Positions 50,083-59,833 of a DNA stretch of 64,000 nt are shown here, piece by piece (position 1 is the first letter of the stretch; every line of letters begins with the position of its first letter). A program made the position numbers and the translations under genes. The notes beneath the pieces were generated by a model. That model made no database searches and was not told the origin of the DNA. It worked only from the letters and a program-made list of their open reading frames with translations. The stretch is taken from the sequence record SRR31156797_10522; one strand, 5' to 3'.

Positions 50083-50793
50083 ATGAGATTATTACTTATC
50101 AGTAATTCAACAAACCCAGGTGAAGAGTACCTGGATTATCCGAAAAATAACATCAAAGAATTCTTAGGTGAAGAACCTGTAAAGGCATTATTTATTCCTT
50201 ATGCAGGAGTAACCGTTTCTTTTGACGATTACGAAGCTAAAGTTAAGGAACGTTTCAATGAAGTAGGGCACAATGTTGTTTCTATTCATCATTTCGAAAA
50301 TCCTGTAAAAGCAGTAGAAGAGGCGGAAGCAATTGTTGTTGGTGGTGGTAGCACATGGAATTTATTGCATTTAATTCACAAATACAATCTTACTGAGCCT
50401 ATCCGCAACAAGGTAATTAATGAAAAAGCACCATATATTGGTTGGAGTGCAGGTTCAAATTTAACTTGCCCGACTATTAAAACAACCAACGATATGCCAA
50501 TTATTGATCCAATGGGATTCGATGCTTTAAACTTGATTCCTTTCCAAATCAATCCACATTATTTGGATAAAAATCCTGCTGGGCATGGTGGTGAAACTCG
50601 CGAGGATAGAATCAACGAGTTCATGGTTTTGAATCCTGATATGTATATTGCAGGATTGCGTGAAGCAACCATGTTTTTGGTTGAAGATGACAATATCAAG
50701 TTAATTGGAGATAGAAATTGTCGGATCTTTAAAAATGGTATTGAAGCCTACGAATTAAGTGCTAAAGATGATTTTAATTTTCTTTTGAAATAA
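50083..50793 (+). CDS. pepE: Dipeptidase PepE (S51)
   Basis: LLLISNST, FIPYAGV, GWSAGSN, TTNDMP, QINPHY, GETRE.RI. Confidence 0.95.
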   Translation: MRLLLISNSTNPGEEYLDYPKNNIKEFLGEEPVKALFIPYAGVTVSFDDYEAKVKERFNEVGHNVVSIHHFENPVKAVEEAEAIVVGGGSTWNLLHLIHKYNLTEPIRNKVINEKAPYIGWSAGSNLTCPTIKTTNDMPIIDPMGFDALNLIPFQINPHYLDKNPAGHGGETREDRINEFMVLNPDMYIAGLREATMFLVEDDNIKLIGDRNCRIFKNGIEAYELSAKDDFNFLLK

Positions 50794-50811
50794 AGATTTA
50801 AGAATAGCAGG

Positions 50812-50844
50812 AAGCGGTTGATTTAATTTTCAACCGCTTTTTTT
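50812..50844 (+). terminator. Terminator after pepE
   Basis: aagcggttga ... tcaaccgcttttttt. Confidence 0.8.
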
Positions 50845-50919
50845 ATTTGGAATTTCTACCTTTGTCGGCTGAAAAGAACATTTCTTTTCTACAATTTCTA
50901 CTAAATCAATACATTTCTA

Positions 50920-52506
50920 ATGGATTTACTTTCGTCCACATATTTTGTTCTTTTTCTGATTGTTGCAATCGGATTTGTTGTTGGTAATATTAAAATAAAA
51001 GGCATTTCACTTGATGTTTCGGCTGTGATATTTGTGGCTCTTGTTTTTGGACACTTTGGGGTTAGTATTCCTACCGATATTCAGAAAATTGGACTTACTC
51101 TTTTTATCTTTACCATAGGAATTCAGGCAGGTCCAGGATTTTTCGAATCCTTTAAAAAGAATGGGAGAGAGTTGGTTGTTTTGGCATTTGTTTTAGTGGG
51201 AAGTGCATCTTTAGTGACACTAGTTTTGGCATTGGCTTTCAAAGTTGATACTGATATCGCAATTGGTTTGCTAACCGGATCCTTGACAAGTACACCTGGT
51301 TTGGCAGCAGCAATTGAATCTACTCAATCTTCTATGGCTTCTATTGGTTACGGTATTGCTTATCCTTTTGGTGTAATTGGCGTGATTCTTTTTGTGAGAA
51401 TGTACCCTAAATTAACTAAAGTGGATATCAATAAGGAAGCGAAAAAATTGGATGACGAGACTCAGCAGAATTTTCCGGAACTTTTTAATAAGAACTTCAT
51501 TGTTGAGAATGAAAATATTGTTGGCAAGAGCATACGTGAATTAAAGATCAGATCAATGACTCAAGCCAATGTTTCCAGAATAATGCATCGCGGTGAAACC
51601 ATAGTTCCATTGCCTGAAACCATATTGGAAAAAGGAGATATAGTAAAACTGATTGGAACTGAGCAGGCAATTGAACAAGCTAGAATGTTGATTGGGGAAC
51701 AAACCGATGAGAAAATCCCGTTAAGTCGCGATTATGTGGTTGAATCGGTATTGGTAACCAATAAACAAGTGGTAAATAAGACCATTGGACAATTGAATGT
51801 ATTAGCCAATTACAATGCCAGAATTACCAGAATTCGTAGAGCGGGAATTGATATGGTTGCAAGCTCAAAATCAGAAATTCGTTTTGGCGATAAGCTAGTT
51901 GTGGCTTGTGGTACAGGTAACATTAAAAATGTTCGACATTTATTTGGTAACGATAGTAAAAAACTTTCGGATACTGATTTCTTTCCTATCGCAACAGGAA
52001 TTGTATTGGGTGTTTTAGTAGGGAAACTGAAAATTTCTTTTTCAGATGATTTTACCTTTAGTTTGGGGTTAACCGGAGGAGTATTGATGGTTGCCCTGAT
52101 TTTAAGTAGAATCGGAAAAACCGGACCTATTTTGTGGACCATGTCCGGATCATCTAATCAATTACTTCGTCAGCTTGGTTTATTAATGTTTTTAGCTGTA
52201 GTAGGGACCAGTGCAGGAGCTCACTTGGTTGAGACTTTTAAAGAATCAGGCATGGCATTATTTGGCATCGGTATTGGAATCACCCTGTTGCCAATGATTA
52301 TCACTACGCTAATTGGGCATTTTGTTTTAAAAATGAATGTCTTGAATTTATTAGGTGCTTTAACAGGAAGTATGACGAGCACTCCTGGTTTGGCCGCGGT
52401 AGATGGTATGGCCGACTCAAGTGCACAATCAATAGCTTACGCAACGGTTTATCCGATTGCAATGGTGTTTTTAATTATTTGTGTGCAGATATTAAGCCTG
52501 TTGTAG
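50920..52506 (+). CDS. Aspartate:alanine exchanger (YidE/YbjL) family transporter
   Basis: Duplicated G..TSTPGLAA, two TrkA-C domains, YATVYP. Confidence 0.9.
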   Translation: MDLLSSTYFVLFLIVAIGFVVGNIKIKGISLDVSAVIFVALVFGHFGVSIPTDIQKIGLTLFIFTIGIQAGPGFFESFKKNGRELVVLAFVLVGSASLVTLVLALAFKVDTDIAIGLLTGSLTSTPGLAAAIESTQSSMASIGYGIAYPFGVIGVILFVRMYPKLTKVDINKEAKKLDDETQQNFPELFNKNFIVENENIVGKSIRELKIRSMTQANVSRIMHRGETIVPLPETILEKGDIVKLIGTEQAIEQARMLIGEQTDEKIPLSRDYVVESVLVTNKQVVNKTIGQLNVLANYNARITRIRRAGIDMVASSKSEIRFGDKLVVACGTGNIKNVRHLFGNDSKKLSDTDFFPIATGIVLGVLVGKLKISFSDDFTFSLGLTGGVLMVALILSRIGKTGPILWTMSGSSNQLLRQLGLLMFLAVVGTSAGAHLVETFKESGMALFGIGIGITLLPMIITTLIGHFVLKMNVLNLLGALTGSMTSTPGLAAVDGMADSSAQSIAYATVYPIAMVFLIICVQILSLL

Positions 52507-52582
52507 TTTTAGTGTGCTAAATAAAAAGAAAGGTATGTCCATAAGTTGCTTGCAGAATAATCAAGTTATCTTAGGAAATTAC

Positions 52583-52843
52583 ATGCAATTACTTTAAAGG
52601 ATGCAGCAAACCAATACGGACTGTCTCCAAGCTAAAATTGAAGTGTTCCAAACCCTAAGCAACACTCTTCAAGACAAAAGTGAAGCACTCCAAGCTGCTG
52701 GGCGCAAGCTGCAAGATGAGTTGAAGATCTTCCAAGAGCTGAGGAAAACCTTCCAAGACAACAGGAAAGTGTTCCAATACACCAAGGAGCTTTCTTCAAG
52801 ACAGGAGGGAAGCATTCCAACCCATAGTTTTCAATCTCCAAGA
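52583..52843. repeat. Degenerate 21-bp-period array, core (C/T)TNCAAG (minus strand CTTGGA), ~13 units
   Basis: CAA at 52586, 52607, 52628, 52649, 52670, 52691, 52712, 52733, 52754, 52775, 52797, 52818, 52839. Confidence 0.85.
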
Positions 52844-52900
52844 CAGGAAACAGGTACTTATTTCATGTTTGTTAATGGTAGAGTTATTAATTAATAAAAA

Positions 52901-52926
52901 CCCCTTAAAGAAAACTTCCTTAAGGG
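52901..52926 (-). terminator. Probable terminator downstream of xth
   Basis: cccttaa ... ttaaggg with A-tract on the left. Confidence 0.5.
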
Positions 52927-52985
52927 ATATATAAATGGTTAATTGTTTTGATTAAGAGTGAGTAAGGATAAGTAACAAGAATTAT

Positions 52986-53753
52986 TTAAAAATCCATCTC
53001 AACAACAATTGGGCAATGGTCAGAATGAACTACATCGGCTAAAATAGAAGCGCCATTCAATTTATTCTCCAAACTTTCAGTAACCATGTGGTAATCGATT
53101 CTCCAGCCTAAGTTTTTGCCACGAGAGCCTGCTCTGTAACTCCACCAACTGTATTTGTCAGGTGATTGATCGAAAACGCGGAAGGTATCAATAAAACCAC
53201 TTTCAATAAATTGACTCACCCATTCTCGCTCTTCAGGAAGAAAACCAGAAACATTTTTCTTTTTCTCAGGTCTGCTAATATCAATAGGTTTATGGCAGAT
53301 GTTATAATCGCCACCAATTACCAAATTAGGTCGTTCAATTTTCAGTTTATTGATGTACTCCTGAAAATAAGCAAGCCACTCCATTTTATAATCCTGTCTT
53401 GGACCTCCGGTTGTCCCCGATGGATGATAGGTACTAAAAACCGAAATGTCTCCAAAATCGGCTCTTATTGCTCTTCCTTCAACATCATATTTTGGATTGT
53501 CAACTCCAGTAACAACAGCATCTGGTTTTTCCTTGCTAAGGATTCCAACGCCACTGTAGCCTTTTTTCTCTGCAGAAAACCAATAGCAGTGATATCCCAA
53601 TTCTTCGAATAGATGAGATTCAATTTGCTCTGGTTGAGCTTTGGTTTCCTGAATTAATAGTATATCCGGATCTTCCTTCTTTAGCCAGCCAATTAAGTCT
53701 TTGCCCAAAGCAGCTCTGATACCGTTAACATTATAGCTTATTATTTTTCGCAT
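52986..53753 (-). CDS. xth: Exodeoxyribonuclease III
   Basis: SYNVNGIRA, QETK, GYSGV, GDYNICH, GWRIDY, SDHCP; start re-called at ATG 53753. Confidence 0.96.
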   Translation of the reverse strand: MRKIISYNVNGIRAALGKDLIGWLKKEDPDILLIQETKAQPEQIESHLFEELGYHCYWFSAEKKGYSGVGILSKEKPDAVVTGVDNPKYDVEGRAIRADFGDISVFSTYHPSGTTGGPRQDYKMEWLAYFQEYINKLKIERPNLVIGGDYNICHKPIDISRPEKKKNVSGFLPEEREWVSQFIESGFIDTFRVFDQSPDKYSWWSYRAGSRGKNLGWRIDYHMVTESLENKLNGASILADVVHSDHCPIVVEMDF

Positions 53754-53903
53754 AATTGTATTTTTTAGAAAGATTAAAGATAATAATCTATTGGGAAAAG
53801 CCCTGAAATTGGAAGAAGTCTGAAACTTACACAAATCTTTAAGGCTTTAGACGGTAGATAATTGCTTGGAATCAACTATTTTTGTAAAAAAAACGGAGCT
53901 ACA

Positions 53904-54830
53904 TTGAAAGAAGGACTGGTAATAAAATCGACAGGAAGTTGGTATACGGTAAAAACCGATGATGGTGAAATTCACAATTGCCGAATAAAAGGGCGATTTA
54001 GAATGGATGGAATTCGAACAACGAATCCTGTTTCGGTTGGCGATAAAGTAGAATTTGAAGAAGATAAGGAATCGAAAGTGATTGTAAAGATTCGGGATCG
54101 AAAGAATTACATCATTCGAAAATCCTCGAATCTATCGAAACACAGTCAGATTATAGCTTCGAATGTTGATCAGGCATTTTTAATTGTTACCGTTAATTAT
54201 CCATTAACAACAACAACTTTTATCGATCGATTTTTGGCTGCTGCCGAAGCTTATAGAATTCCGGTTCGATTGATTTTTAATAAGATTGATAGATATCGTC
54301 CAAATGACATGGATCGTCTTGATGAATTAAAAGGCATTTATGAAAAAATTGGATACAAATGTTTTGAGATATCTGCAAAGAATGGAACACATTTGGATAT
54401 CATTCGCGAAACATTGAAGGATCAGATCAACCTGCTTTCAGGTCATTCTGGTGTAGGAAAATCAACTTTAATTAATGCAATTCAGCCAGGATTAGATCTG
54501 AAAACAGGCGAAATTTCTGAAGCTCATTCGCAAGGAAAACATACTACCACTTTTTCAGAGATGTTTGAACTCGATTTTGGCGGATACATTATTGATACAC
54601 CAGGGATTAGAGGCTTTGGAACAATTGATATGGCAAAAGAGGAAATGTCACATTTCTTTCCAGAAATATTCAAAGCTTCAGAGAATTGTCAGTTCAACAA
54701 TTGCAGCCATATTCACGAACCAAAGTGCGCCGTTAAAAAAGATGTTGAATCAGGAGAAATTAGCATCACCCGTTACGAAAGTTATCTGGGAATGGTAATG
54801 GAGGATGAGGATAGCAAATACAGAATCTAA
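53904..54830 (+). CDS. rsgA: Ribosome small subunit-dependent GTPase A
   Basis: [44 protein letters not shown]; start probably TTG 53904. Confidence 0.97.
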   Translation: MKEGLVIKSTGSWYTVKTDDGEIHNCRIKGRFRMDGIRTTNPVSVGDKVEFEEDKESKVIVKIRDRKNYIIRKSSNLSKHSQIIASNVDQAFLIVTVNYPLTTTTFIDRFLAAAEAYRIPVRLIFNKIDRYRPNDMDRLDELKGIYEKIGYKCFEISAKNGTHLDIIRETLKDQINLLSGHSGVGKSTLINAIQPGLDLKTGEISEAHSQGKHTTTFSEMFELDFGGYIIDTPGIRGFGTIDMAKEEMSHFFPEIFKASENCQFNNCSHIHEPKCAVKKDVESGEISITRYESYLGMVMEDEDSKYRI

Positions 54831-54907
54831 AATTATGAATTATTAGTTATGAATGATAAATTTATACCTCAGAATTCTTAATATATCATTGATAATTTAT
54901 AATTAAC
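54831..54907. repeat. AT-rich 7-nt-unit inverted array filling the rsgA/TIGR00266 spacer
   Basis: aattatg aattatt agttatg aatgata aatttat ... aattctt aatatat cattgat aatttat aattaac. Confidence 0.6.
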
Positions 54908-54910
54908 AAG

Positions 54911-55678
54911 ATGAGATCACACGAAGTAGATTATAAAATTCACGGGAACGATATTCAGTTAGTTGAAGTAGAGTTAGATCCTAACGAAACAGTTATTGCG
55001 GAAGCCGGTGCCATGTCTTACATGGAAGAAGGTATCGATTTTGAAACCAAAATGGGCGATGGATCGGAACCAGAACAAGGTTTATTCGGAAAAATATTAT
55101 CTGCTGGTTCCCGATTAATAACAGGTGAATCGGTATTTTTAACACACTTTACTCATCGTGGTTATGGAAAGGCTAAAGTTGCATTTGCAGCTCCTTATCC
55201 GGGAACTATTATGCCTATTGATTTGCAAAAATCAGGTGGTTCGTTAATTGTTCAGAAAGATGGATTTTTGTGTGCTGCCTTGGGAACAAAAGTGAGTATT
55301 ACCTTCAATCAGAAAATTGGCTCAGCATTGTTTGGGGGTGAGGGTTTTATCTTGCAAAAATTGGAAGGCGATGGAATGGCTTTTGTTCATGCAGGAGGAA
55401 CTGTTATCGAAAAAGAGTTGAATAATCAGACCTTAAGAGTTGATACCGGTTGTGTGGTTGCTTTCGAAGAAGGAATAGAATTTTCGGTACAAAAAGCCGG
55501 AGGATTAAAATCCATGTTTTTTGGTGGAGAGGGACTGTTTTTAGCCACTCTAAAAGGCACTGGAAAAGTTTGGTTACAATCTATGCCAATTCGAAAATTG
55601 GTTAAAGCAATAGCTCCTCATGGCGAAAACAGAGGAAAAGGATCAAGTTCGATACTTGGAGAATTTCTTGAAGATTAA
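54911..55678 (+). CDS. TIGR00266 / AIM24 family protein
   Basis: [45 protein letters not shown]. Confidence 0.92.
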   Translation: MRSHEVDYKIHGNDIQLVEVELDPNETVIAEAGAMSYMEEGIDFETKMGDGSEPEQGLFGKILSAGSRLITGESVFLTHFTHRGYGKAKVAFAAPYPGTIMPIDLQKSGGSLIVQKDGFLCAALGTKVSITFNQKIGSALFGGEGFILQKLEGDGMAFVHAGGTVIEKELNNQTLRVDTGCVVAFEEGIEFSVQKAGGLKSMFFGGEGLFLATLKGTGKVWLQSMPIRKLVKAIAPHGENRGKGSSSILGEFLED

Positions 55679-55704
55679 ATAAAAGATCAGAATTAAAACA
55701 CATA

Positions 55705-55729
55705 GCACGTAACAATTACGTGCTTTTTT
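55705..55729 (+). terminator. Terminator after the TIGR00266 gene
   Basis: agcacgtaa-caa-ttacgtgctttttt. Confidence 0.75.
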
Positions 55730-55786
55730 CATACTATCAGTGAACTGTAATTGTTAAAAATTACATTCATTTAATTTCTTAATACA

Positions 55787-56818
55787 ATGGCAAAAGTACT
55801 TGAACCGAAAGAATTTCTTGAATTGGGAAAAACCATTCCAATGGTTGATGTTAGAACTTCAGCAGAATTCGAAAACGGTCATATTCCAGGCGCATCTAAC
55901 TTACCAATTTTCACAAACGATGAAAGGGCTGTAGTTGGAACCAAATACAAGAGAGCTGGTAAAGATTCTGCTGTTTTATTAGGATTGGAATTGGTAGGAC
56001 CCAAATTGGCAAGGTTTGTTAGAATGGCTAAGAAAATATCACCTCAAAAAGAGATATTGATTCATTGCTGGCGAGGTGGTATGCGAAGTGGTAGCATGGC
56101 TTGGTTATTCGAGACTGCTGGTTTTAAGGTGTTTTTATTGAAAGGTGGTTATAAGGCATATCGTTCATACATTAGAGAGCAATTTGCACAAAAATCGAAG
56201 GTACTTATTTTAGGAGGAATGACCGGTAGTGGAAAAACAGAAGTTTTGCATGAAATGCAAAAACAAGGTGCTCAGGTTTTGGATTTGGAAGGTGTTGCCA
56301 ATCATAAAGGATCTGTATTTGGCGCTTTAGGTCAGGAAAATCAGCCAAGTAACGAAAGTTTTGAAAACGAACTGGCTAAACATTGGTTAGATTTTGATAA
56401 TGACAAACCTGTTTGGCTGGAAGATGAAAGCAAATCAATTGGTTCTGTATGGATTAATGATGCATTATTTGAAAGAATGCGATCGGCTGAGGTAATTAAG
56501 ATGGAATTGCCCAAAAAGGAACGAATCAATAGATTGGTAAAAGAATATGCCTGCTTTGAAAGAGAAGTTTTGGCTCACATGATATCAAAAATTGAAAAGC
56601 GATTAGGCGGATTAAATGTAAAAAAATCATACGAGAGTTTGGAGATAAATGATTTTGCTACCGTTGCTGATATTACCTTAAGTTATTACGACAAAGCCTA
56701 TAATCATGGGTTGGAAAAGAGAGAAGGTCAAACCATTCACAGTTTAGAGCTTGAGAAGGACAATCCAGTTGAAAATGCCCGATTAATTTTAGAGTTTTAC
56801 AAGAATTTAGAAAAATAG
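55787..56818 (+). CDS. mnmH: tRNA 2-selenouridine(34) synthase MnmH/SelU
   Basis: Rhodanese DVR..GHIPGA, CWRGGMRS, P-loop GMTGSGKT, DLEG.ANHKGS.FG, EDES, YYDK.Y. Confidence 0.93.
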   Translation: MAKVLEPKEFLELGKTIPMVDVRTSAEFENGHIPGASNLPIFTNDERAVVGTKYKRAGKDSAVLLGLELVGPKLARFVRMAKKISPQKEILIHCWRGGMRSGSMAWLFETAGFKVFLLKGGYKAYRSYIREQFAQKSKVLILGGMTGSGKTEVLHEMQKQGAQVLDLEGVANHKGSVFGALGQENQPSNESFENELAKHWLDFDNDKPVWLEDESKSIGSVWINDALFERMRSAEVIKMELPKKERINRLVKEYACFEREVLAHMISKIEKRLGGLNVKKSYESLEINDFATVADITLSYYDKAYNHGLEKREGQTIHSLELEKDNPVENARLILEFYKNLEK

Positions 56819-56819
56819 C

Positions 56820-57344
56820 TTAGTTAACAACACAAACAATAGTTATTTCCACCTCTTTCCCTACAAGAATTCCACTTTTGGGACCAATTTTATAATCAAG
56901 CCGGTTAACTTTTAGTTTTCCGGTATAGGTGTTTCGTGAGTAGTTGAAAACTATTTCAACATTTTTACTTTCACCGTGCATGTTTAAAACACCTTTGGCA
57001 ATATAGCTCATTCCTGCATTAACAACTAAATTAGACGAAAAACAGATTTCTGGATAATTTTCAACATCGAAGTATTCAATTTTTTTTAAATGTTCGTCTC
57101 TTTTTTTCATTTTGGTATTGATAGTTGACGCGTCAATACAGACCTTGAAGAAAGATTCTGATATATTTCCTGGCTCAAACTTGAAAGATCCTTGCATGCC
57201 TTTAAAAGTACCTTTAACCTTATTTGCACCAAGGTTCGATACCTTAAAATTTACAACAGATTGTTCAGGATTGATATTTTGAGAAGAGCATAAAAATGGA
57301 ATACAACTAATGATTACAATTAAGATAATAAGTTTTCCTTTCAT
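56820..57344 (-). CDS. YceI family protein
   Basis: Signal peptide, V.GTF, SINT..RDEHL...YFDVENYPEI.F, G.L.MHG, NRLDY. Confidence 0.92.
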   Translation of the reverse strand: MKGKLIILIVIISCIPFLCSSQNINPEQSVVNFKVSNLGANKVKGTFKGMQGSFKFEPGNISESFFKVCIDASTINTKMKKRDEHLKKIEYFDVENYPEICFSSNLVVNAGMSYIAKGVLNMHGESKNVEIVFNYSRNTYTGKLKVNRLDYKIGPKSGILVGKEVEITIVCVVN

Positions 57345-57376
57345 GATATGTCCTTTCCATTTGATGCGACTATAAA

Positions 57377-57384
57377 CAAATATA
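57377..57384 (-). promoter_or_regulatory. -7 promoter element of the YceI gene
   Basis: Minus strand TATATTTG. Confidence 0.5.
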
Positions 57385-57536
57385 AGCCATAATGTGTGAT
57401 CAGTACAAACCTATTGCTCTATTTAAGAGCGTGTTTTGTGTAATATAAAGGATTCTTTCGCACTTTTTTATTTGTATGAATAAGAATTAAATCGATTTGT
57501 CGTTACCTTTATCAGAAACCTTTTAATTGGAACTAT

Positions 57537-58682
57537 TTGGACTCTTATCTTAAAAACCGGAATTGGAAATACCATTTTTTAATAGTGGCTGTAATTATTA
57601 TCCTTGGCTCAATTTTGTATACCAATAATTTGGTTGAAAAGCTGGCAAGAGAAGAAGCTAAAAAAGTGGAACTGTGGGCTGTAGGAATTCGTGAGCTGGA
57701 TACAAATCCAAATCAGGATGTTACTTTAATCCATAATATAATGGAACAAAATGAGACCATTCCTGTTATTTTGGCTGATGAGAATGATTATATTATTGCT
57801 CATCGAAATATTAATTTTCCAGAAAATCAGGAAGAAAAATTTTTAAGAGCGAAACTTTCTAAAATGAAAGAAGAGAATCACTCTATTGAAATTCAGCTGG
57901 TGAATAGCAAAAACTTTATTTACTACGACGATTCAAATATTCTAAAACGATTGGCTTGGTATCCGTTTATTCAGTTAGGAGCAATCGTTACGTTTATTTT
58001 GATAGCATTTTTAGCTTTTTCGTATTCTAAATCGGCAGAACAGAACAGAGTTTGGGTTGGTATGTCAAAAGAAACAGCACATCAATTGGGTACTCCAATT
58101 AGCTCTTTAATGGCTTGGATGGAATTGATAAAATCAGGACATGTAGATTTAGGTTTAGCCGAAGAAATGAGTAAAGATGTTACTCGATTACAGGTTATTG
58201 CTGAGCGATTCTCCAAAATTGGATCTAAACCTGTACTAAAATCAGTTAATATTCGCGAAAGCATAGGAACAAGTATCGAATATTTGAAAAAAAGAACTTC
58301 GGGAAAGGTGGAATTTATTTTTACGGTGGTAAATGTGAACAAAGAAATCATTTCTTTGAACAAGGAGTTGTTTTCATGGGTGATTGAAAATTTGACTAGA
58401 AATGCTGTCGATGCTATGGAAGGAAAAGGGATATTGAGGTTTTCATTGACAGAGAAAAATAACGATATCGTGCTGGATATAAGCGATACAGGAAGAGGAA
58501 TATCAAAAAAAATGTTTAAATCAATATTTAAACCTGGCTATACTTCAAAGAAAAGAGGATGGGGCTTAGGTTTGTCTTTAGCAAAGAGAATTATTGAAAA
58601 TTATCATCAGGGGAAAATATTTGTTTTGAGCTCTGAATTGGGCAAGGGAACGGTTTTCAGGATTATTTTGCCAATAAAGTGA
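57537..58682 (+). CDS. Membrane sensor histidine kinase
   Basis: VWVGMSKETAHQLGTP, NAVDAM, DTGRG, KRGWGLGLS. Confidence 0.93.
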   Translation: MDSYLKNRNWKYHFLIVAVIIILGSILYTNNLVEKLAREEAKKVELWAVGIRELDTNPNQDVTLIHNIMEQNETIPVILADENDYIIAHRNINFPENQEEKFLRAKLSKMKEENHSIEIQLVNSKNFIYYDDSNILKRLAWYPFIQLGAIVTFILIAFLAFSYSKSAEQNRVWVGMSKETAHQLGTPISSLMAWMELIKSGHVDLGLAEEMSKDVTRLQVIAERFSKIGSKPVLKSVNIRESIGTSIEYLKKRTSGKVEFIFTVVNVNKEIISLNKELFSWVIENLTRNAVDAMEGKGILRFSLTEKNNDIVLDISDTGRGISKKMFKSIFKPGYTSKKRGWGLGLSLAKRIIENYHQGKIFVLSSELGKGTVFRIILPIK

Positions 58683-58871
58683 ACCAATTGGTTTTCAAAT
58701 AGTGGAAATTGTTTTGAAAGCAAAAAAGAACTGCTTACTTTTGCAGCCCGTTTTTCACGGAATTAGTTATTGAAACTGTATTTCAGTTCAGTAATTGCTT
58801 GAAATTGACAAAAAAGATGTATTTTTTTGTGAATTCGTAAGATTAATTTTTATACTTTTGCAAAGTTTTAT

Positions 58872-59408
58872 TTGAATATTTTGGAAAATATCACAAAATA
58901 TACGATTCCTTTTAAAGGATTAAAAGATGGAAAGCACGAATTCAATTTCGATGTTGACCATGAGTTTTTTAAAAACTTTCAGACGGAAGATGTTTACGAG
59001 GCTGAAGCAAAAGTAAAAATAGCTTTTGAGAAAAAAACCTTAGTAACAACTTTGGCATTTGACTTAAAGGGAAAATTGAAAATAGCCTGTGACAGGTGTT
59101 TGGAAGAATTAAGTTTAGATGTGGAAGGTGAAAACTTTTTGTATTTAAAATTTGGAGAAGAACACGAAGAATTGGCTGAAGATGTAATTGTGTTAGCAGA
59201 ATCTGATAACGAGATTAACGTTGCACAGTACATATATGAGTTGTTTTCACTAAGCTTACCGTTGAGCTTTGTTCATCCCGAAGATGAAGATGGAAACAGC
59301 ACTTGTAATGAGGAAATGATTCAAAAATTGAATGACCTCTCGGTGAATGAGGAAGAGAAGATTGACCCGAGATGGAATGATTTAAGAAAATTGATTGATA
59401 ATAACTAG
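58872..59408 (+). CDS. yceD: DUF177 (YceD) protein
   Basis: CDRCL, DPRW..L; directly upstream of rpmF; TACTTTTG element at 58853. Confidence 0.88.
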   Translation: MNILENITKYTIPFKGLKDGKHEFNFDVDHEFFKNFQTEDVYEAEAKVKIAFEKKTLVTTLAFDLKGKLKIACDRCLEELSLDVEGENFLYLKFGEEHEELAEDVIVLAESDNEINVAQYIYELFSLSLPLSFVHPEDEDGNSTCNEEMIQKLNDLSVNEEEKIDPRWNDLRKLIDNN

Positions 59409-59425
59409 TTAAATAGGTTTGAAAA

Positions 59426-59611
59426 ATGGCACATCCAAAACACAGAACGTCGAAGCAGAGAAGAAATAAGAGAAGATCTCATCTTAAAACAACTCCTGCA
59501 ACTTTAGCATCTTGCTCAAATTGTGGAGCAACTGTTAAATATCACACTGTTTGCCCTGAGTGCGGTTATTACAGAGGCAAATTGGCTATCGAAAAAGAAG
59601 TTACAGCATAA
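59426..59611 (+). CDS. rpmF: 50S ribosomal protein L32
   Basis: MAHPK..SK.RRNKRRSH, CSNC..HTVCPECGYYRG. Confidence 0.97.
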   Translation: MAHPKHRTSKQRRNKRRSHLKTTPATLASCSNCGATVKYHTVCPECGYYRGKLAIEKEVTA

Positions 59612-59833
59612 TCTGAGTAAAATAATTCAGATTTGAAGCTATATGTAAATTTGCTCCTCGGATATTTCTCAGGGGCAAATTTGCGTTATACATTATTGAA
59701 TTAATGCCCTATTATATTGGTGTAAACCAATGGGCTTGTAAAGGTTAAAATTACCCAAACAAGTGGTGATATAGGGATAAATTCTGTATAATTGTGAGCC
59801 TATTATCTGATAAAAACTAAGTAAGCTTAAACA

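Noticed and set aside
52601-52894. 97-aa heptad ORF as a confident CDS (and antisense ORF 52632-52841)
   Set aside because: Heptad pattern is lost at the 22-nt step while the DNA period continues; kept only as an alternative explanation in the finding
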